NCBI GenBank assembly: GCA_013115145.1
Contig: JAAPAO010000057.1
Coordinates: 35,373 to 99,372 of the forward strand
Direction: 5' to 3'
Origin: Perkinsus chesapeaki ATCC PRA-425
Taxonomy: Eukaryota; Protista; Perkinsozoa
DNA length: 64,000 nt
Below, piece after piece: positions 11,330-24,132 of this stretch. Numbering within the stretch: position 1 is the stretch's first letter; each line of letters begins with the position of its first letter. Under the pieces are notes generated by a model that saw only the letters and a program-made list of their open reading frames with translations, made no database searches and was not told where the DNA came from. The position numbers and the translations under genes are program-made.

Positions 11330-13730
11330 CGGCTCAAAATTAATAAAGACATGAGAAAAGAAACTTTCCGAGGGATAATTCATCTCTCACATTCTTAGAC
11401 TCAGAAAAGTCTGAGACTTTCACCTTTGCACTCGGCTCCTCATCACCCGCTGAGAGTCCGACTGATGCTCTAGTCCGGCGTAGATGTTTTTTAGAACTTC
11501 AGAACTCTGAGTTCGCGGTTAGAGGCAGCATACTGCTCTTCCCTACTCTAATACGGCTTAGACGTAACTTCTCGATGTCTATGCGACTCTCAGGAGTAAT
11601 AAGCAAGGGAAATGCCCGCGACGGTCCGAACGATCTCGCATGGAGGAGTTTTCAATAATGACCTTTTGATGGCAGGCTCGTATGGTTCATGTCATGGCAC
11701 TTATCATTTTAAACAAACGAACCGTCGCAAAGGAATAACTCTATATTATCGTCTGCCTATTGTATTCCGTAGGATCTATATCGATATAGTGATATGTCTG
11801 GTTCCTAGACTCTGGTATTGCCGTACTGCGAAGTCCGCAAATTAAGCACGGTGAAGTTTACGAACTGTATATGAACTGTAATATGTGATATTATATTAAA
11901 CAGCACTATGAGTTATGATAGTCAAGAGTAGCACTATCCTTTATAATAATAATGATGATGATGACGATGATGTTCCCGATTGCTCACGAGTTGATGCTCT
12001 CGATTCACGATGATTGACTAACTCGCACTAAGAAAATGTAAATAATGATACTCTTTGGATCGAATAATGCTGTAGAATGATAAGAATGCAACTACGATGA
12101 GATCCACGGGAAAGGGACCCTTGAATAAAACCGGAGCGATGCGATAGATAACCACACACGGGCGACATGCTGGTAATTGTCAAAATCTCGTCTGAAGGAC
12201 TTGACCATCCGACGCGCCTGTGCCGCATCGGAGAACCAAATACTTCCCCTGACAGAATGTAGCCCTTATTGACTCTAACTTCAATATGCTACTTACGCTT
12301 CAATATCTTCTTCGTTGGGAGTCGCTGTTGCTGGATTAACTGACAAAAAAGGAATGCTAAACTCCTATGCCGTCGAAATAAATCTCATCCTTGGTTATCA
12401 ACTTGCTTTGGTGGGCCATCGATTCAGTTTGATAATCGTTTCCGCGCTAGCACCTTTATTATTCTATAGCCAGGCTTCATTGGCCTATTAGCCGCACGAT
12501 AAGCTTACGTTTTGGCATCTTATCGATGATGAAGTGGACCAAGATGTCTAACGGAGACCTTCCACAAACAATTGCGTTCCAATTTGGGCCTTACCGAGAT
12601 GAGACGAATTTTACTTAATGCAATTATTCGTGACACGGGCATGAAAACAAGCAGACGCAGGCAGCTGGTGTACTGCCGCACCATCAACACTAGCAAGGTA
12701 GTCGACCCCTTCAACAGCCCCAGCTGCTGGCTGGAGTTTACGGTGAAATATGAAGGGTAGGCCATTTGGCGTTAAGTGAATGTGAAAGTAGGCATACTCT
12801 TCTCCACAAACTAATTTTTTGACAGGCTGTTTCATCTCTCGAAGCACTGATATCCTCGGTGCAAAGTGTTGTAGAAAGCAACAACCAAAAGACCAGAAAT
12901 TCCCAGAAAACCAGGCGAGGGCTCTCACGTTGGTGAGCACCGGAGAATGAGGGAGAGATCCCATTTGTTTCTCTAGGGAGGGATACTCTAACAGAGATGC
13001 ACGCTCCAAAGTAGTGCGAGAACGCCGCGCACATCGTTACTTTATACAAGTTCTTGTCTCAAGAGATCCTTGGTCGTACACATGGCAGTATCCAGATTTA
13101 TCAGTATACTTATGGAATCCATAATATGGATCCTGTATGACCAGAGCTGTCGGCCATCTTTTCAAAACTTGATTTCAGCTATGAAATTCTTGCCGTAGTG
13201 TGTTGCTGTGCACACGTCACATTGCGATGCAACAGATACATGATACTCATATCAGGGTTTTGTAATACTAATTTGAAAAAGGACTTCGGATTACGAATCA
13301 AGAACTAGAGGTTTAATATCCATGGAGTCCGAAGTACGGGACACTCATGAACCGTACGTCTTCGATTCATCTACCCAATACAGAACACTGTCACACCCTA
13401 TAACAATCTCAATGTATTGCCCACAAATTGTCTAAGTCTTCTGAATTGCCGACTCGGCAATGTCGACAAACGTTTAATTCATATACGGACATATTGCTTT
13501 GGTAACCATCAAGGTATAAACCCATTAGCTTTAGTGGGCGATACTGTCCCATTTGTCTCCAACAAGGCAGCACGGCAAACATGCCAAGTCTACCGACTAA
13601 AGAGCCCTTATAGGCCAGCATTGTTCTTATGCCATAGCTATCGTACTCGAATGAATAAAAAGCTTGTGATTTTTCCACGACGCCGGTGAGTGCAATACTT
13701 GGGGTAGTGTCTGCGTGCAGATTGTGCATC
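11330..13730 (-). pseudogene. Decayed multi-exon coding remnant, family unassigned
   Basis: Coding-like stretches (DAAQARRMVKSFRRDFDNYQHV; ERASLLEYPSLEKQMG; PLLITPESRIDIEKLRL) broken by stops and frame changes, with some GTAAG..AG intron-like segments. Confidence 0.3.
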
Positions 13731-14141
13731 GCGTAGTGTGGCCGAAAGCAGTGAGCTCACTTCCTCATATTCAAATGTGTAATGAGCCCCAACAGTAGTA
13801 TTATCGAATGTGCTGCTCCCAATGCAGTATTACTGGCTCGCTTCGTACTATAGTCTTGTGTTAGCCTCTACATTGTTAAGTGACTTAACTTAAGTCTCGT
13901 GACATGCTTCGTTTATTAATCGATCGCAATGGCGTGCGGGATCTACAGCGCATTGCGCAGTACCCGAATCTTTTCTCCTTTTGTTGACCTTCAGCAGCAC
14001 GGGACCAGGGGTTGCGTCGGCATACTTGAGTAAGCGTCATTAACATATTTACCAGTATTACATCTGAATGAGGATAGGTATATCTAGAAGATGAATCATA
14101 ATAGCCTTCTGAATCCGACAGTTTAATTTTAATATCAATTC

Positions 14142-14628
14142 ATGACTAATTCATCGGCTTCATGGTTTTGGGTAGTATATCCCTTTATATGTTGGTGGTT
14201 AGTAAGACCAGCAGTTACCATGCTTCATACTGCACTAGATGCATTAAGGCAATCAGTAGCATCAGCCTGTGGTAACGACTACACAATTATCGACTTAATA
14301 ATGATATCTGGTTTGATCGGTCTATGGTCCTACGCATGGATGTGGTTTAATCGTTATTTCTCTTTACCTTGTGTCATTGCTAACTCTAGTATGGTACTCA
14401 GTATTACTTGATTCATAGTACTGTTTCACAAGAGCACGAGCTTTGAGCCGTCAATCACATACCACTTTAATAAGTTAGATCCTATTAATGTTTACGGGAG
14501 TAAATCTAAAAGGTACTAAGATAATTATCAATACCTTTTCCTACTCTGCAGGGACCGCTAGCTTAATGTGGACCGTTTTCCAAAGGATATATAGACCGTA
14601 TTTTCGAGTAGTTGCTCCAGTCTGTTAA
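14142..14628 (+). CDS. Small hypothetical membrane protein (multi-exon)
   Basis: Trp/Phe-rich hydrophobic ORF 14142-14411 plus short downstream exons ending ...RVVAPVC* (TAA 14626-14628). The splicing is tentative. Confidence 0.35.
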
Positions 14629-17600
14629 TGAGCCTTCTTGAGGATGCTATTGCTCGTTATGAGGATGCTCGAGAGCTGTTATCAGTCGATGATGATCCTG
14701 TGAATCAGATGGTTATATCATCATTGTTCGAGAGCGAGGGCTTTGTAGTCCACCAGGCCATGGATGGGTTTGAGGCATTGGAGCACATGCAGAATAACTC
14801 CATGCCTGATCTTATATTATTAGACGTTATGATGCCTGGTATGAGTGGTTATGAGGTCTTGGATACATTAAGAGCAGAGTAATACATAACGGTGGCAACA
14901 GGATATGAAAGCGAAATTATAGAAATGTATAAAGGGAAGGCAAATGCATTGTTTTCTATAGGGAACCTTTTAGTTCTATTGAATGACTTGGTGAAAGTCC
15001 CCTTGGCGTTAAGGCTCAGAGTGACTTCGAAATTCATATCGAAACGTTTATCGTTAGAGATTTCAACCGCGCTAGTATACGATGTCTCTTGAGACTGGTC
15101 AGAATCGACAATATATCTCATCTCTCGGTGAAAATTGGACTTAGGGCAATGATGCTCGAAAAAAATCAATATATTTGCAGGTACCCCCCAGATCTCCCAG
15201 TAGTTATGATATCAGCCAAGGCAGCTACATCTGATAAAGTGGAGGGTGTGGAGCACTTTTGTAGGCCATTCATCTCAGGCTAATGTCTTTATAATGGTCT
15301 AGGTAATGATTACCAGACTAAACCATTTGAAAAGGAGGAGCTCTTGGCACGTGTTAGATGCCTTATAGTATTAAGGCATATGATTAACGCCCATTTCGGC
15401 TCTGTTGGGAGCGGCGGAGGAGGATCGGCTGAAGGTGGTGGAGGGGGCAGTGAATCTACGGGTAGTTGAGATATGGTATTCGTAGTGGACAGTTTTGGTA
15501 TCAGTTTTGAAGGCCCTGCCACCACATATAGCAGAGAAAGTGCAGCAGGGTGAAACTAATATATCGGAGAAATACGATAAGGCTTCATTCCTCTATATGA
15601 TGTTTGATAAGTAATATCCATACCGCACTTCCCTCCGATCTCGCCTGAAGGTTCGGTGAAGTAGCCGAGGCCATCCCTTTGCCGCAACTCCTAACGTTGT
15701 TGAATAAGCTACATACATCTTTTTTGGAGGTTAAAGAAAGCAGTAAGACTCGGAAATGGTGGCACTTCTTCTCATAAATTATCACTACTAGCGATAGGCG
15801 AAGTATCTTGGTTCTCTTGAACCGTGTGGTTTGATAGGTCGAATGAAGGCTTAAAAGTTTGTATTTCATTTTTACAATTGTAGGTTACGAAGCTATATAC
15901 GTAGAATTTGTGGGAGTTAACACCATCGCCATTGCTGGCTTTAATGATGATACAGCTGCTAGCTCAGAGGAGCTGCTCTGCGGTTTCGGGCAGGTTTGTC
16001 TGGCAAAGGCAGCAGAGGTATAGGTGTAAAGGATCTTACAGAGGTTGAGATGCGTGATGTTAGATAATGATAGGAGACTATCCGATGTCGAAGTTGATTA
16101 AGATTGGTATTCATACTGGGCCGGCTTTTGGAGGTAGTAGAGATTAATACCGCCTGTCCAAGGGCAGGTTGCTCACCTGAGCCTGGGGGTGAGCATCATC
16201 ATCATACTTCGGTTTGACGCTAATATTGCACAGTATAGAATTTCGTCTTTATCGTTCGATTTGCCCATCAGCCATTGTGTGTGATGCTGGGTGCACAAGT
16301 AATGATGTTATATCATCATCCTGCAGGCCTCATCGGTAGCTCCTTCGCCTTTATGGGTGAGCCTTCGCAGATCTCAAGGCAGCTGGCTATGGGGGGTGTT
16401 TGTGGGTAAGGCAGCAGGTTTACCTATATTCAATAAGCCAATATTATGATAATAGGTATATGCATGTCACCCAGTCTACTAAGGATGGCGTGGAGGCATC
16501 AGCTCCTAGTACTTATTATTTTGGGGAACGAGGAAGCATTAAAATAGGAGAAGATAATATGGAGACCTTCCTCGTGAAACAGTAAGAGTTAAAGGTAGTT
16601 ATGGGTAGCTAACGGGTCAGATCGGAGGAAGAGGACCTGTCGGAATTCAAGACTGAGGCATCCATGGATGTTGGTGGCGATGCGGGAGAAATGGTATGAA
16701 ACTTATGGGGGTTGATAGAGATGGAGTTTTCAGATTGAAGGGCTACAAAAGCGAGTTAAAGAATTAGAAGCTCAACTTAAAAATATGATGTCTGGTAGGA
16801 TCGAACCTGTGCCTCTTGCTTTGTAGTGTAATATGAGGTAATAATGACGATGATGGAGATGGAGAGGATTCCCTCGCCAAAGCGGTTGCCAAGTCTGGCC
16901 AGGTCCCTGTGTGGGCATGCAATGGTAAGTGTGGTTCACAACTGCGGGGGGGGGCAAATGCCTGATGAGGTTCGGGCCCAAGGTGTTGCTTATAGTTCGC
17001 GAAAATATAGTTTAACATAACGATTAATATTTCTATACACCGACTAATAATTGTATATAACGCGTGCTTTATTATTATTAAGGTCAGGTTTATGGACCTG
17101 AGTCTACTCGTGAGGAGCTTGTTACTGAGTATCCGTGGTTAACCTCCTCCTCCATCCTCAGGTATAGCGGAGCCTTTGGAATCATTAATGGCCGCGCTGG
17201 AAGCAACGGTATGTGGTGATAAAGGTAAGGAGGATGATGGAGGGGAGGCACCATTGGTAACTAGTATTAAGACAGTAGAGGTAATAGTCATTACTGATAG
17301 AGGAATACATATACTGCTTTAGGGGGAGATTAGTAAGCTATTCGATGCCATTAATACTATAGAAAATGAATCAAGGGCAACTCAGAAGACAGTGCAGGAT
17401 GTAGCGGCTGGGAAGGTATTAACGGTATAGCTATTGTAATGTGACGATTTGGAGTAGATAGCATTGAAGGGTGATAATGTAAAGGGTGCTGGAGGCTTCA
17501 ATCTGGCTGATGGTAGTAGTAGGCGTTGGTCTGTAGTAAGGGGACAGATATTGTGTCGCAGAGGACCGTGAGGCGTTGAATAAGATTCTAGAAGGGTTAG

Positions 17601-19080
17601 ATGGGGAGTTCTCCAAGTTGCAAGAGGGGACACCGAAGGCTCCCATTGCTGGTGTTGGAGTTTCACCAAGTAGGTGATGACAGTGTGGGGCCTCCTGTTG
17701 AGGTTGTTAAAGGTGATGTTGATGCTATTATTAAGGAAGTTGAAGCTGTTATGAGGACAGTAGAGACTCTAGAGAAAGTTTGCCAGGATAACACTAAAGC
17801 GGTAGTGATAGTAGAAGGTTTAATGTTGATGGGGATGTGTAGGTGAAGGAAAGTAAAGTGGTAATTGATGATAAACAAAAGGAGATTGACGCATTGAAAG
17901 AGGGAGCAGCAACAACAGGCCAGCCATCGACTAAGGCTAAAGAGGATGGCACTGATTTCTTTGCTGGTAAGGTAGTGGTAGTGTGGGGCATTGGAGTTTA
18001 GTGTAGATGCTGGCATTGCTGGTGATGGTGCTCAAGCTGGTGTTGGCGAGCCTATGGTACCGGCATCACAACTTGATGCAGTTAAGAAGGAACTGGAGGA
18101 TACTAGAGCGGTAATAAAGAACTGGTTTATACTGGAAACAGTGTTGGTTTCTGATAGGCATTGGCCGCAGCTAGAGCAACAGTAACGACCTCGGGAGGAG
18201 GAGGAGGGGGAATGGACGCTGGAGCTATGATGGGCATGATGAGCGCTATGATGCAACAAAACTTCATGGCACAAAATGCGCCTAAGGTGAGCAGCAGCTT
18301 TATTACTACTGTTGTTGGTACGTGCCTTATAGGAGCCTTCGAGAGGAGCTGACTCTGGTGCTGGTGGAGGTGGTAGGCCATTAGGCTTTGTGGTATTGAT
18401 TTGGAGTTATAGGTGGTGCTACTGGAGGGGTTATGAAGATCCAATTAGAGGCTTTAGAGGCTGAATGTGATAGACTACGACATGATGCTGCACAGGCAAA
18501 GAGCTTGGCGACTGAAGTGGTGTTTTTGAAGAGGCAAGTTGCTGGTAGGGATTAATTCCGAGGAGTAGGCCGCTTTGTAAGCTGTCATATTAGAGCTTGA
18601 GTCGGAAGGAACTATGAGAAATACTGATGCTGATACTATAGAGGGATTGAAGGTTCAAGCGGAGAATTCGGTATGATGATATACTGTTACCGTTGGTATA
18701 ACTTTACGTTTTCTTTAAGGTGCTCACTTCCAGACTGCTGTTGATGGAGAGGCAAACACTCGAAATAAAGGCGCGGAATAAGATGCTGGAAGATAAGCTG
18801 GCTGTGAGTGGAGTAGTGGACTGGGAGGGGATTGGTGGCATTTTAGTTGGTGGGAAGAATGGCGAATGATGATAAGATAAAAAATATCATAAACGATGCT
18901 GATATATCATTTAACGATGATTTAGATGGTAAGACTCAATGAGGCTTTGGTTCTCGTATGGGTTTCATAGCCACACCGACGGTATCTACTTTGACCACTC
19001 TATTGGCACTGAGTAATAGAGCACAAGAGGAGATGAGACAACAGATGGAGATGATGATGGAACATAATAATAGAGAGTAA
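14628..19080 (+). CDS. Receiver (REC) domain, degenerate class III nucleotide cyclase and long coiled-coil tail
   Basis: REC: LSVDDDPVNQ..LILLDVMMPGMSGYEVL..VMISAK..NDYQTKPF (introns 14879-15180 and ~15259-15300). Cyclase-like exons: LKALPPHIAEKVQQG..SEKYDKASFLY..QLLTLLNKL; MHVTQST..ERGSIKIGEDNMETFLV. Downstream exons are E/K/Q-rich. Confidence 0.8.
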
Positions 19081-19794
19081 GGTTATGACTTTCCTAGTCA
19101 TAACAGACAGGAGGCTCAATGAGGCTCAATAATTTTGGGTACGGGTGTTCATGCTTAATAATAAAGTATGGCTCATTCTATTAGCTTTTGAGCGACTCAT
19201 CAAAACGTGTAACGAAGCCACTATTTTGCGGGTTAAGTGTTACTTTTAGGCAACAACATACACCGGGTCGCCTGGCGCTAGGATTCGGTGCTGCTTCTTC
19301 TTCTAGTAGACCAGCTGAGGGTATACCATCTCCTAGTCACATGGATTCAACTATGTAAGATTCATACTAGACAGTGTCGTTTATGACAATCCACTTTAGG
19401 CGATCCACTGGAGGGTTTTCCCGAACTATGGGATGGCCACAAGTATCTACTAAACGGTATAGGCCTATTTATTAGACATGTAGGGCTGGGGCTTTAGCCC
19501 AAAGTGTGATCCATATTGTTGTTGATAATAACAAAGGTCGTTGTGTTATAGTAGGAACAGGCTCCTAATGCGAAAATGCAATGAAAAAGGTATTCGTTCT
19601 GTCAACATTTTATGTTCCTCTATGACCCACTGTATACGAGATGAAACCCGTTTGGAACGCGTATCATTGCGTGGGCAAATAAACAGTAAATATAGGTAAC
19701 TAGTATAAGGTGGCAACAAACTAACATATCTTGGTTCATTACTATACCTAGGACCCCACGGGACTTCGCTCAAAACGTCAAAGGCGTAAGAAAC

Positions 19795-22017
19795 TCATTT
19801 ACGATACTCTTTTTTGAGATACAATAAATGATCTCGAACTTCGGCCATATCCTTTAACGATCGTGTTAACTGATCACAGGGTTGTATAAGCAATGTCATA
19901 TGGCATTTAACGTAACAGCTTACACATTTATATTCCTCACTATTCTTCTTCATGCCAGGGAAGGTGGCCAAGACTTCCCGTAAACCCAAACGATACTCGT
20001 TTCTTGCAAATAATTGTTTTAACTAATAACCGCCACGATAAAACAATAGGACTTCCAATACTACCTTTTCCTTCATCTCATCCTGTTTCGAAGGTTTCGC
20101 TTTTACAGCTAACGAACACAGTATACTCACCGTCTCCGATTGCACCTTTCCCCTCATACCTGTAGCTGCTGCACCAGTGACATCTTTACGTGCTTTATCA
20201 TCTGTCTGTGCTACATCATCATCAAGCTCATCAGGATCAACGCCTGTTTGTAACAGTTCATCATCCAAGGCAGCCTGGGAAGATAGTAACAGGAATACCG
20301 AAGATGACATAGTTATACATCAGCCAGTCCCTCCTTTCGAACTTCCTCCTTGTTCCTTTCCTTCTCCATTATATCTGCAACGCTAAACCTTCCCATTTAT
20401 CTACTGGTATTGTTATTACTAGTAATAGCCTTCCCTAATAGAGTTGATTGTTCATCTTCACTCTCGCTGGAGCTGGATGATTCGCTATCAGAATCCCTGC
20501 CAGTGCGCGCCTAATAACAACGAGACATTCAAACAACGGGTAGCTCGATTCTCCATGAAGGCTTCCGGGTTTCGGCCAACGCAGTTGAAGGATATCGGAG
20601 TGAACTCCAACACGGAACTTAAATAAGAAAGGTTAGACGGAGGATTCTATGCCGACTGTAAGTTGTCGCCTGTAAGTCCTTTAGTACCTCCTTCATTTTT
20701 TCCTTCTCCTTATCAACCGCTCCAGCCGTTTCTATTTGTACTTCATTTGCAGCATCAGGATCATCTAGTAGTTCATCATCATCACCTATACAACACCATA
20801 ACCAGTATCTTCCCTATCTCCCTTCCTACTAAAGTCCTCATTGCCTTCCCATTCATCATCATGCTTTACTGCATACAACTTACCAACACTTAAACTAGAG
20901 CTGGGTACCTGCTCTCCATCTACCCCCCTCATCCTCAATAGTACTATCTACCTCCTTAGCCTCTAAGTTGTGCCTTGCCGTCTTTGAAGCCTTCAGCTTC
21001 CTCTTTGCCTCCTTCCGTGCAGCCTCTACCATTCAACATTCCCCCAGCAGCCATGCCTATATCGTACTACTTTCAGCATCCTGGCCTTCCTCAGCGTCTC
21101 CTCCTCTGGCCTTTGCCTTCTTCATTTCTATAGCTGCCCTCATACGTATAAATCTACAATCCGGGGCTTGGGGAAATTTAGTCGAAGTACAGTTTTTTTG
21201 GTAAGCTCGAGTGTAGAGATTTCAATACAAAAGGAACTAACGCGAAATTTGCTATGCTTATCAGGATTTTTGCTGCCCACCTCCCGATGATGTCGCGTAC
21301 CGCTTTCTGTCTGCCACCCTATTCCTCTCCTTTTACCTTTTCTCATCATTCTTATCCGCAAGTCTTTGTTTCTTCATCACTTGTTCTGCTATCTCCGTCT
21401 CTGTCTCTTCCTTAACTTTATCATTACTTTCCTTCACTCTGTCCACAGTGACACCTTTCGACTGAGCATACCATACCCGCCCCCACACACCCTTACCTGC
21501 TGTATCATTTCTAGCCATCCTCAACTCAACCCCTGATAAAGGCCGGAACTCCAGCCACCTGTTTTCAGTAATATCCCCTTATACACTAGTATCGTCCTAC
21601 TTCCTTACAGGCGCCACTCTATAAGCCCCAGGATTAGTAGGGTCAACGGATAGTGTAAACCAGCAGGAGGTATCATTGGCAGTTGGTCTACCACTGTATA
21701 TAGCATTAGACCCTGATGACAGTATTATCATCCATACATATAATAACTGCCTTACCTTGTGATACGCCTCTTAGTGTCATTGAATCCTCCTCATCATACC
21801 GTGCCTGTCACCAATCGTCTAACATTGAGGGGAATGCTGTATCTCTTACAGCCTTTATCTGTTCCTCTTTCTTCTTGAATGCATTAAAGTTCTTCTTTTC
21901 TCCTATTTCCAGTTCAACTCTAACTTTTGTTCGTTGACTTGTCAATGTAGCATTCGAGCTCATATTCCCAAAACCGCTCCCTTCCGCTATATTAGATCCA
22001 TCTGAGGGCGGCGGCAC
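19795..22017 (-). CDS. Candidate TFIIF large subunit (RAP74/Tfg1-like), multi-exon
   Basis: N-terminal WQARYDEED..YSGRPTANDTSCWFTL..WYAQSK..TEIAEQVMKKQ; acidic motif DDEWEGNEDFS|DDDELLDD (in-frame 45-nt intron removed); Ser/Glu/Asp-rich middle; C-terminal winged-helix-like YRLGLREVLATF..LLYLKKEYRK*. Assigned by recalled similarity to plant/fungal RAP74. Confidence 0.5.
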
Positions 22018-22134
22018 TCAGTTGCTTTACTAATTTATTATTTCGCCGTTTTGAGTAAGATACCATTTCCGAGCTAATCCTCAGGTTTTGAAGGAGAGCA
22101 TTAAAATGATATCAGGGCACATACCCCAAACCAG

Positions 22135-23539
22135 CTACGACGGGGTAACCCAAACCGAAGCCGAGACGTTTTCTGATGCCGCCCTACAATTGGCTCTCCC
22201 AATATGGGCTTGTCTACTATATGCGTAAACCAGCGGCGGCGGCCTTTGTATTACCAAAGTTAGGTGGGAACTTAGCAACGTCCGCATCCTCCCCTCCGGT
22301 GGAGGCATCAGCGTCAACTATCCATCGTATTTCTGGTACAGCTGTCGGTGATGATGACGACACTGGAGGCACCATGGTACTGCTGCTGTTGTAACACCTT
22401 ATAAGAATTACTAAGCAACACAGATCTTATAAAGTAGGGTAGAAGAGTGCACACTAGTAGAAACAATGGTAACAGATGGGCTGTTGCTGCTGCTGCTTGG
22501 TGATGCCTATACCTCGTACATAGGCAAGATGACTTGGGGTTCACCACGCAGTCTAGATCTATAAAGAGATATTGTTAATATAGAGTAGTACTCAAGTATA
22601 TTACCGGAAGTAGTAGTAGAGGAAGTCACTGAGGATCAACAGGTTAAGGGTCTCACTGGCCATTTGAACACCCCTATTATCTGGATAAGCATACTCGAAA
22701 ATAAGAGGGTAACTAAATATAGAGTGATACATAATATAGTTATGGTATATTACCTGAACCAGAATATCAATGTGCAAGCTCTATTGACAGCAGTGAGAAC
22801 GACAAAGTTGGCCAGTGGAGCTGAGACAACCTTATCCTGTTGAAACATCCATAATTGAGGGAATAATGCCACTGCACATAACACCTATAAGATTTGAGTA
22901 AAGAGCGGTATGAGATGGATGTATTACCTCATAGAAGCAACAGAAGTATGATACATAGAATGAGCTATGACTTCTGCGTACTAGATACCATAGGAAGGCT
23001 AATACTGCTGTGAAGAGGTATATAAAACCATATCTATTGTAAATAAATGGCCTAAGAGGAAAGAAGAGCCTTCTTACCTGGTTAATGGCGTTGTGACTGG
23101 CACGCCCATCCTTTGAAAAAATGCTTGGCCAAAATTATCCTTCTGAGCTTCGTAGGATGTTTTATATCTTGTAGTAGTATAAACCAACATATATGTGCCA
23201 AACGCAGCATTAAGTATCTGATAGAAAAATGGTAAAAATAATAATAAGAGGTTCAACTGTTACATCCATGAGACCATACACCCAAAACGGTATGACAGTT
23301 GGTCGGAAGTGTAAGCCTAGTGGGTGACTTAAGAGATGAAGGCATCGAGCTACTGCCACACATCCTAGTGTCTGGAAGGATAGACCTGATGCTGAGTGGG
23401 ACTTCTTAACCTGTAATAGAGGGGTGAATGTGGTGGTATGGTATAATACTACTTGGTGATATACAGCAATAAAGGAGCCCAGTAAGGCTATGTCTGCCCC
23501 TAGGATAAGACTATCAAGGAAGAGGGATGTAGTGGGCAT
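22135..23539 (-). CDS. ERD2: ER lumen protein-retaining receptor family (ERD2/KDELR-like)
   Basis: SASGLSFQTLGCVAVARCLHL; AVALFPQLWMFQQDKVVSAPLANFVVL; multiple TM segments across short exons. Confidence 0.75.
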
Positions 23540-24132
23540 TGCTGCTAAAACTATATAGGTCACTCATCAGCTGTAGATTACAACAAGTAGACTTTTAGGT
23601 AAGTAAATGGCCATCTTCTATCATTTATAGGCTTAAATTAAGAAGCGGTATGAATGCCGCTTTCGCCAATACCAGCCTCCCTAAGCTATCATTAACGTGT
23701 GCTTTATGTACTTGAGCATTGGGTAATTATCTAGTGCTGTACTGTGCCATTCTATCACCCTTTCCCGAGGCTCAGGCACTCCAAATCAGTGTATCTCTTT
23801 TGTAGCTCCCTCACTCAAATGGTTAGCATTGTAGTGTACGTCAACCCCTCCAAGTTCATGCATTCAATTAACCGTCTAGATACCCCCAGACGGACCAGTC
23901 AAGCAGCAGCAGCAGCTGTCAGCTGGAATTGTACTTTTTATTATCGCGCGCGCCATTATAATCGATATCTGCGCACTTCGAGCACTGTCGCTTGCGTCTT
24001 CCACAAGGCAGGAAAATCCTTCTATTAGGATTGTCAGGGCACGTTGGATGGGGCCTCTAGTTATTCCTTACATTCGGCTTTTGTTATGGTTATTGATATA
24101 TATTTGTGGTGCTTAGTAGCTTATTGTAGCGT

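Noticed and set aside
11330-13900. Region as a retrotransposon or DNA transposon
   Set aside because: No RT, integrase or transposase motifs, LTRs or TIRs recognised.
19250-19790. Possible small - strand gene (CGHPIVRENPPVDRLKWIV)
   Set aside because: No consistent start or spliced frame could be built.
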